The notes under the pieces were generated by a model. That model had not been told where the DNA came from. It saw nothing but the letters and a program-made list of their open reading frames with translations, and searched no databases. Positions 58,401 to 64,000 of a DNA stretch of 64,000 bases are shown piece after piece (position 1 is the stretch's first letter; each line of letters begins with the position of its first letter). The position numbers were made by a program, and so were the translations under genes. The DNA comes from an uncultured Polaromonas sp. GTDB lineage: Bacteria > Pseudomonadota > Gammaproteobacteria > Burkholderiales > Burkholderiaceae_C. Location of the stretch: positions 9,283 through 73,282 of the forward strand of contig CAZIYA010000003.1 in assembly GCA_964543355.1 (NCBI GenBank), read 5' to 3'.

Positions 58401-59505
58401 TCGCGCGGAAACACTGGGCCGGCAATCTGAAATTTATCTGGCCTCGCTCGACAGTGCGGCGGCCGAGTCGCAGCTGGCGCGGCGCTGGCAGGCCATCAAC
58501 CGCGAACTGGAACGTTACCGCCTGAAAAACCCGAACAGCAGCCTGGTCGTTTATGAGCAGTTCCTTGTCACCACCGGAACCGACATCGACAGGGCGAACT
58601 GCTCGGAAAAACTGGCAGGCAAGGCGCCGGGCGGGCGCCCGACCGATTATTTCGCCGAAAAACACCTGCAGGTCTACAGTGCCCTGCTCAAGCGCTGCAA
58701 TGAGTTGCGTGTCGGCGAGCAGCAGGAACAGTGGGCGGCTTTCTCGGGCAATTTCAACCGCCTGCTGGCGGGCCGCCAGCCCTTTGCAGCGCTTGGCGCC
58801 AAGGAGGCGCCGGAAGCGGATTTTGATGACGTTGGCCAGATCCTCAAAACCTCCGAGCGCTTGTCCCGCACCCTGAAGGAAACATCTGCCTCAAGCCGCA
58901 GTTCCCCGGGACAGCCAGCCCGGCGCTTTGCCGACCAGTTCGACCGTGTCAGGGCCTTCATGGCCCCGCTGTATCCGGTGGAAGAAGGCGCGATTGCAGG
59001 TTATGACATGGCGGTGGAGTTCAGGACCAACCAGTCGGCCGAAATTGAAGGCAACAAGGTGATCGACTGGACCCTGGAGGTCGGCTCGCAAACACTCAAG
59101 CTGCGTGACGCACCGCGTCCGCTGCGCTGGGAGCCGGGTACGCCGATCACCCTGACCCTGCGGCTGGCCAAAGACTCCCCGGTGAACGCCGTCAATGATC
59201 CCCAGCAGCCGCATATGTCTGCCGATGGCAAGACGGTTTCTTACCGGTTCACGGATGCCTGGTCCCTGGTGCGCATGATCCAGCGCCAGCGCGAACCCGA
59301 CGCGGCGGGCCGGGCCGACGGCCGCACGCAGCTGCTGCGCATGGAGTTCCCGCTCAGCTTCACGCCAGAGAACCCCAAGGCGACCCCGCAGGAGGTTCGC
59401 GCCAGGGTCTACCTGCGGCTGGCCCTGTCTCCGGTCGGCAAGCGCACCCCGGTGTTCTGGCCGGGCGTGTTCCCGACCCGGGCACCTGAATTTGGCGGGC
59501 AGTGA
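55441..59505 (+). CDS. tssM: T6SS IcmF/TssM membrane core protein
   Basis: RYSIPWVLV, YRPQRPFDSVV, GCDQIEGF, FFRGIYLTG, FLRDLF; ATG 55441 with GGAGG RBS. Confidence 0.9.
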   Translation: MLKDNLFLASLGVLIVLVLVVLGLVLYFALRRSAAKPGSDPKIVKLRFDSLRNSFRQAVELIEGNIASRSERYSIPWVLVLNEGLDNRQLPIEQSGVASALSSEAASAATTQGIAWHFFDKGIVIDMQGAYLGSPDDEDATEKPWDEFLGLCRKYRPQRPFDSVVITVPAALLLDNNPDALLELGKLARLAHRRLWLAQNRFAMRFAVYVVVSGCDQIEGFSPFARALPEPMRAGILGWSSPYDLSTTYQDGWVGEALDSVVKTVSDTSAELFALDSVSAETGKFFLLPSRIDAVRAQLQVYVDELMRPSAYHEPFFFRGIYLTGDSSESAQKAGALDVAAALNGETKEEQADLVSQLMREPAFLRDLFEKKIFMEYGVARPSRQQLTRPVLSRAARWAALVVLGGWSVGLLVATVQLSKRNPELARALSQIETDANYRARASERGEPIASDWYRTKTLSLLAAIEKLGTDKAWTFFMPGSWEVFDNLDERVAARIEREFGEIAINTLRRELYARAADMTGVSQDASTSELIIGGECAAPAGFAAIAGTPHKFSLAVEDLPEFSAMLQYLTAVERLDQAIVAMVRLQKPNQNEANDLRLLVKYTLGAELPGNMSQSIRFFRGSDIPGSISPAAISVMHIQQAVRCSLDRGMNALDRRLFVNNDLLVSERQLAAQGARLFATDARIGGYTQTVGGYKEILRAIKEQESLLATGKGGWMRLSGLNLGSAYDAALMRITQSRRLLGPEASDQVRQHAVTEFQKFRTEFEALLGVEGQAGVVWQEKDARFALSTDRLALRDALTGLLAQPFMTPPSDREIPEIVAQSILVWDSTRLDQALALSEAHKRFLGEGLVKFPPATRPSVAAFVNFQFARLVGDHAVEALSISGRTDPGAVADAMAFDASRSRLVKVQGLLTELGAKGKADNLRSLISQDAVARLRQVDDSLTQSDLYAIRGRDFSYWLGDRGPLLQAFGVPDGPSLLQTLALQFSRAETLGRQSEIYLASLDSAAAESQLARRWQAINRELERYRLKNPNSSLVVYEQFLVTTGTDIDRANCSEKLAGKAPGGRPTDYFAEKHLQVYSALLKRCNELRVGEQQEQWAAFSGNFNRLLAGRQPFAALGAKEAPEADFDDVGQILKTSERLSRTLKETSASSRSSPGQPARRFADQFDRVRAFMAPLYPVEEGAIAGYDMAVEFRTNQSAEIEGNKVIDWTLEVGSQTLKLRDAPRPLRWEPGTPITLTLRLAKDSPVNAVNDPQQPHMSADGKTVSYRFTDAWSLVRMIQRQREPDAAGRADGRTQLLRMEFPLSFTPENPKATPQEVRARVYLRLALSPVGKRTPVFWPGVFPTRAPEFGGQ

Positions 59506-60647
59506 GAAACATGACCATGAACCCACCCGCAGGTTTCCTGCCAGACATCGAAGCCCTGCTCGCACCTGTTCCCGGGGCAGACCCGGCCGGGCCGTCCATG
59601 CGGTATGACCCGCTTTACCTCGGCATCCGGCAGGCCCGCGAGGAAGACGATGCCAGCCTGCCCATGGGCGAGTGGGAGCGGCCCCTCAAAAAGGCCGACT
59701 GGAAGGCGGTCTCGGCCAGGTGCACCGAGCTGCTGGGCAGCCGCTCCAAGGACTTCCAGGTGGCCGCCTGGCTCTGCGAGTCCTGGATACGCCAGCACCA
59801 GCTCGAAGGTTTCAATGCTTCGGTGGACCTGCTGACGGGGCTGGTCGAACGTTTCTGGGACACGGCCCATCCGCTGATCGAGGACGGTGACGACGACGCC
59901 CGTGCGGCACCGTTTGTCTGGATCAATGAAAACATGCCGCTGGTCCTGAAGCTGCATATCTCTCTGCTCCAGCTGCCTGACCGCATGCCTTCAGCGGTCA
60001 GCCTGGCTGATTGGGACCAGGCCCTGATTACCGATCATCAAAAGGGCGATGCGAAAAAAACATCAGGCGCCAATGTCCTGACGCGCGACGAGCTGGGCGC
60101 CGCCGCCAGCGGGAGCAACCTGCTGTCCCTGATAACCATCAGGGACCAGGTTCAGTCTGCGACCGGGAAATGGGACGCCCTGACAGGACTGCTCGACGAA
60201 AGAATGAGCGCCAATTCGCCCAGCGTGGCGCGTGTCGGCGACATGTTGCGGCGCCTTGGGCGTGCCGTGGACAGCCTGATCGACGGGCGCGACCCGCGGC
60301 CGCAAACGGCAGCGCCGCCGGCTCAGGACGAAGGAACACCTCCCCCCATCAACCAGGACGACATCATGGCTGCTGCAACTCCGAACACCGACGCCGTTCC
60401 CGCTGCGCACGAAGCGCTGCTGCGTTCCGGCTCCATTTCAAGCCGCGAGGATGCTTACCGCATGCTGGAGGCGGTCGCAGCTTTTCTGGAAAAAACCGAA
60501 CCGCACAGTCCGACCCCGTACCTGGTCAAGCGTGCCGTCTCATGGGGGCGGATGTCGCTGGCCGACCTGATGCAGGAAGTGGTGCGCGAAGAGGGTGATA
60601 TTGCACGGTATTTTTCGCTGCTCGGCATCAAGGAGTCGCGCGAATAG
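59502..60647 (+). CDS. tssA: T6SS TssA (ImpA_N domain, short form)
   Basis: LLAPVPGADPAG...YD, SKDFQVAAWL, FWDTAHP, EPHSPTPYLVKRAVSWG. Confidence 0.93.
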   Translation: MRNMTMNPPAGFLPDIEALLAPVPGADPAGPSMRYDPLYLGIRQAREEDDASLPMGEWERPLKKADWKAVSARCTELLGSRSKDFQVAAWLCESWIRQHQLEGFNASVDLLTGLVERFWDTAHPLIEDGDDDARAAPFVWINENMPLVLKLHISLLQLPDRMPSAVSLADWDQALITDHQKGDAKKTSGANVLTRDELGAAASGSNLLSLITIRDQVQSATGKWDALTGLLDERMSANSPSVARVGDMLRRLGRAVDSLIDGRDPRPQTAAPPAQDEGTPPPINQDDIMAAATPNTDAVPAAHEALLRSGSISSREDAYRMLEAVAAFLEKTEPHSPTPYLVKRAVSWGRMSLADLMQEVVREEGDIARYFSLLGIKESRE

Positions 60648-60815
60648 GGTGAATCGGGCGCAGCGAATCTGTGCTGGCAAGTTGGGCGGCGATTTTTATA
60701 AAACGTCCTTGGCCGGGCCGCGCCGCGCTCTGCCTGGATAAATTTCAGTCGTTCGGTGAATCATCCCGTGGCGGGATGGTTTGAACCGGGGCGGCCAGAA
60801 GGGGAAACCGGACAT

Positions 60816-62411
60816 ATGGCAACAATTCCTTGGCATGAAACATGGATGCGGGACACCTACTCGTGGTCAGACGCGCGCAGCGAAAAACTCAAGGCGGTTG
60901 ACCTTGCGATATTCATCTACGACAGCGACAAGTCGGAGGAGTCGCGGCTGAGGATCAAGCAGGCACTGGACGACTACCGGTTTAACCACAGCCGCCGCGG
61001 CAAGGACTGGACCCAAAGCGTGCGCAACAAGAAGGGCGCCCTGACCAACCTGCACCGGGCAGTCAACAACGTGGACCAGCGGCGGCTCACCGAGGCCGAT
61101 CTGCTGGCGATGCGCGAAATGGTGACGCTTCAGCAGCATGCCCTGAAGGAGATGTTCGCCGGCAAAGAGCTGAGCCTGAAAAGTTTCAACAAGAAAAAAC
61201 ACGCCAGCGAAATCAAGACCCTGCTCTCCAAAACCCAGGGTGCAGCCGCCAATATCCGCGACATCAACGTGACCCAGTCCGGCACCCGGACTGCGCAGGG
61301 GGTCAACGCCGTGGCCGGAACGGCCATCACGCAAAAATTCGACGAGATGGTCAAGGCGGTTTGCGGCGCCCTGGACCCCGCCATGATCATGCGTGAGCTG
61401 GGCCTGGGAAGCGTTGCGGACTTTGCCAAGAGCATGGCTCCGGCGCTGGGCATCATTGCCTCGGCGAGCGATACGGCGGTGGGTGTGGGCAAGATTGTGT
61501 ACGGCAAGTGGAAGGCCGCGCAAATGCATGAAGTCGGCACCTACGCGATTGCGGCGGGTGACCCGCTGGCTGCGTTTCAGGCGCTCGAGGTGCTGATTGA
61601 CCGGGAGATCAACTCCACCATCGCAACGACAGCGATTGCAGGCGCTGCCTTTACTGCCAAGACCCTGTGCAGCGCGCTGGACCTGGGCGCGGCCAGCGGC
61701 CCGGCGATCGGACTCGCCGAAACCATTGCCAAGGCGATCCAGCACATCGTCGAGTTTGTGCGGGATTGTGAAGAGGTCCAGATGGCCAACCGGCTGCTCG
61801 CCCAGGGCACGCTGGACCTGAGCCTGTTCCGCAGCTGCCCGCTGCTGGGCTGCTACTACGTGGCCGTGCAGGATCACAGCACGCTTATCAACATGGCTGT
61901 CGCTGACTTCGGCACGCCCAACTTCGTGGTGGATGCAGACCGCCTGGTCGCCGCTGTCAAACCCGTGATCGCCAAGGCCGGTCAGTTTGTCCGGAGCTCC
62001 CGGTTTGAAATTGCGGGCATGGAAAACCACAAGGGCATCAAGCTGGCTGCCTGGGAAAAAATGAGCGCCAGTGAAAAAGCCAGCAACCTCAAGCAGCATG
62101 TGACGGACGGCATGATCGACATGGTCACCACGGATAGCTCGAAGACGTCGTTGCCGCAGGTGGACCGCTCGCGCATTGTGGGTTTTGGCAGCGACAACCC
62201 GCCGCCACCCACCTTGCTGCGCTCGGGCGGGCGCGTGGTGCCGCCGCCCCTGCCGCCTCGTCCTGCTGCACCTCTGCCGGCGCGGGCAGCCCCTCCCTTG
62301 CCGCCCCGCCCTGTGAAGCCAGCAGCTCTCGCTGCGGCGCAGAGGATGGGTGTGGCCCTGCCGGAATTTTCGGCAGCGAGCAGGGCAGCGCTGCCGCAGC
62401 GTATCGAGTGA
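60816..62411 (+). CDS. Hypothetical protein, candidate T6SS effector with Pro-rich C-terminus
   Basis: 531-aa ORF with host-like codon use after tssA; no recognisable family; PPLPPRP repeats. Confidence 0.7.
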   Translation: MATIPWHETWMRDTYSWSDARSEKLKAVDLAIFIYDSDKSEESRLRIKQALDDYRFNHSRRGKDWTQSVRNKKGALTNLHRAVNNVDQRRLTEADLLAMREMVTLQQHALKEMFAGKELSLKSFNKKKHASEIKTLLSKTQGAAANIRDINVTQSGTRTAQGVNAVAGTAITQKFDEMVKAVCGALDPAMIMRELGLGSVADFAKSMAPALGIIASASDTAVGVGKIVYGKWKAAQMHEVGTYAIAAGDPLAAFQALEVLIDREINSTIATTAIAGAAFTAKTLCSALDLGAASGPAIGLAETIAKAIQHIVEFVRDCEEVQMANRLLAQGTLDLSLFRSCPLLGCYYVAVQDHSTLINMAVADFGTPNFVVDADRLVAAVKPVIAKAGQFVRSSRFEIAGMENHKGIKLAAWEKMSASEKASNLKQHVTDGMIDMVTTDSSKTSLPQVDRSRIVGFGSDNPPPPTLLRSGGRVVPPPLPPRPAAPLPARAAPPLPPRPVKPAALAAAQRMGVALPEFSAASRAALPQRIE

Positions 62412-62454
62412 AGTCAATACATCCCGGGACCTGCTTCCGGTGGGACCCGGTTTC

Positions 62455-62515
62455 GATATAAAACAGGCTATCAGCCCTTTGCTGGCGGGCGCAAGCAGCT
62501 ATTAAAAATGTAGCG
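62455..62515. repeat. Comamonadaceae-type intergenic (REP-like) repeat
   Basis: Similar layout to 33496-33559 (AGCCC...GCGGGCGCAAGCAGCTATTAAAA); lies between convergent genes. Confidence 0.5.
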
Positions 62516-62577
62516 ATTACGGCATGCCTGTGCGCCGCAGTGTCGGCTCAGGTCGGCGGGTCCGCAGGCTCAACCGA

Positions 62578-63861
62578 CTAGCGCTTGCCCGACTTGCGCT
62601 GCTCGTAACGCTTCATCAGCGGCGTGACCGACACGCCGTGTGCCAGCACCGACGCCACCACCACCGCCAGCGTGATCGACAGTAGCCGGCCGGCCAGCGC
62701 CGGCTCGAGTTCGTGCGTGATGGCGTACATCAGGTAATAGACGGACCCGATGCCACGAATGCCGAACCAGGCGATCAGCCGGCGTTGGGGCCGCTCGACC
62801 CGGGTACCGTACAGGCCGAGATAGACCGCCAGCGGCCGGATGACCAGAAACAGGGCCGGGATGAACCACAACACTTCCGTGCGGAAAGCGACCACCCAGA
62901 GCAGCGATCCCACCACCAGGACCACGCCCACTTCCGCGAACCGTTCGAGCTGGGCGTTGAAGCGTTCCACCGCGTTCATCATGTGCGCTGGGGCTTCGGC
63001 GGCTGCGGCCCTGTCGTCCGCCGTCGTGTGGGCAGGCGCGGGCAGGTCGCCGATCCGGCGCAGCGCCAGCCCTGCGGCAAAGACCGCCAGGAAGCCGTAG
63101 GTATGGCACAAGACGGCCAACCCATACGCCAGGGCAATCAGCCCCAGCGCCATGAACTCGTCCGTCCCCAGTGCCTCGCGGTGATGGGTCCGCAGGTAGA
63201 GGATGGCCCGGCCGGTCAGCGTGCCCAGCAGGTAGCCGATGGCCACACCGCCCGTAACCGCCCACAACACGTCGACAGCCCACCAGCGCCAGCCGCCGGC
63301 GCCAAGATCGTGCAGCGAGAGCAGGCCCAGGCCCAGCATCACAAAAGGAAACGCGGTGCCGTCGTTCAGGCCACCTTCGCCGGTCAGCCCGAAGCGCAGG
63401 CGGTCCCGGTCAGCCGGGTCGGACACCTGCACGTCGGAGGCCAGTACCGGGTCTGTCGGCGCCAGAATCGCGCCCAACAGCACGGCGGCTCCCAGCGGCA
63501 GGCCCATTCCCCAGACGCCCAGCGCCGTCACTGCGCCCACCGTCAACACCATGGAGACCGAGGCCAGTTGCACCGGAATGCGCCAGCGCCTGTCGTTCAG
63601 CGGCAATTCCAGCTTCAGTCCCGCGCTAAACAGCGAGATCAGTACGGCAATTTCGGTCAGGCGTTCGAGCAGGCCGGCGTCGCTGATCGGGTCCAGCACC
63701 AGCAGGCCCAGCCCCGCCGGGCCTATGCCCACGCCCACCGCGAGGTACAGCATGGCCGCACTCAGCGGCAGGCGGGAAATGAAGCAGCTGCTCATCGTCA
63801 TGACGATCAGCAGCACGCCGACCACGACGAAACCCAGCGTGAAATCCAGGCCTTCATTCAT
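62578..63861 (-). CDS. CPA1/NhaP-type cation:proton antiporter
   Basis: LAPTDPVLA, GEGGLNDG, WFGIRGIGS motifs. Confidence 0.92.
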   Translation of the reverse strand: MNEGLDFTLGFVVVGVLLIVMTMSSCFISRLPLSAAMLYLAVGVGIGPAGLGLLVLDPISDAGLLERLTEIAVLISLFSAGLKLELPLNDRRWRIPVQLASVSMVLTVGAVTALGVWGMGLPLGAAVLLGAILAPTDPVLASDVQVSDPADRDRLRFGLTGEGGLNDGTAFPFVMLGLGLLSLHDLGAGGWRWWAVDVLWAVTGGVAIGYLLGTLTGRAILYLRTHHREALGTDEFMALGLIALAYGLAVLCHTYGFLAVFAAGLALRRIGDLPAPAHTTADDRAAAAEAPAHMMNAVERFNAQLERFAEVGVVLVVGSLLWVVAFRTEVLWFIPALFLVIRPLAVYLGLYGTRVERPQRRLIAWFGIRGIGSVYYLMYAITHELEPALAGRLLSITLAVVVASVLAHGVSVTPLMKRYEQRKSGKR

Positions 63862-64000
63862 CGGGTTTTACAGCGCTGGCGCAAGTTCATGGAGGCACTC
63901 CGGGCGGGTGAAACCAGGATTGGCCGCACGCGCTCCAGTATGGGTCAGGTGCCCTGGCCGGCTTGCAGGGCGGCGCCCCGAGCGCCTGTCAGCCGGTTAC

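Overview
GC-rich betaproteobacterial DNA, probably Comamonadaceae (inferred from its intergenic repeats and Bug/TctC gene). (i) 1-24348: accessory DNA at a tRNA-Phe hotspot, with two copies of the tRNA-Phe 3' end (391-425, 24326-24348). Between them lies an integrase-less island carrying a truncated HTH-PIN toxin-antitoxin pair, a LexA-box-controlled structured ncRNA candidate, an acid-sugar catabolic operon, IS scars, sensor kinases and an extended chromate-resistance operon. (ii) 24852-33398: sugar dehydrogenase/ABC transporter/lactonase operon. (iii) 33611-35703: TPR-methyltransferase and a small ORF. (iv) 36192-62411: a complete type VI secretion system. Between its spike and membrane-complex genes sits a tightly coupled module of an amino-acid-binding protein, two DAACS-fold transporters with remodelled ion-coupling motifs and a two-cysteine amino-acid racemase. 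The T6SS is followed by an unknown protein with SH3-ligand (PPLPPR) motifs. This T6SS/racemase/transport module is the best candidate for an undescribed system. All calls come from reading motifs by eye; no database searches were run.
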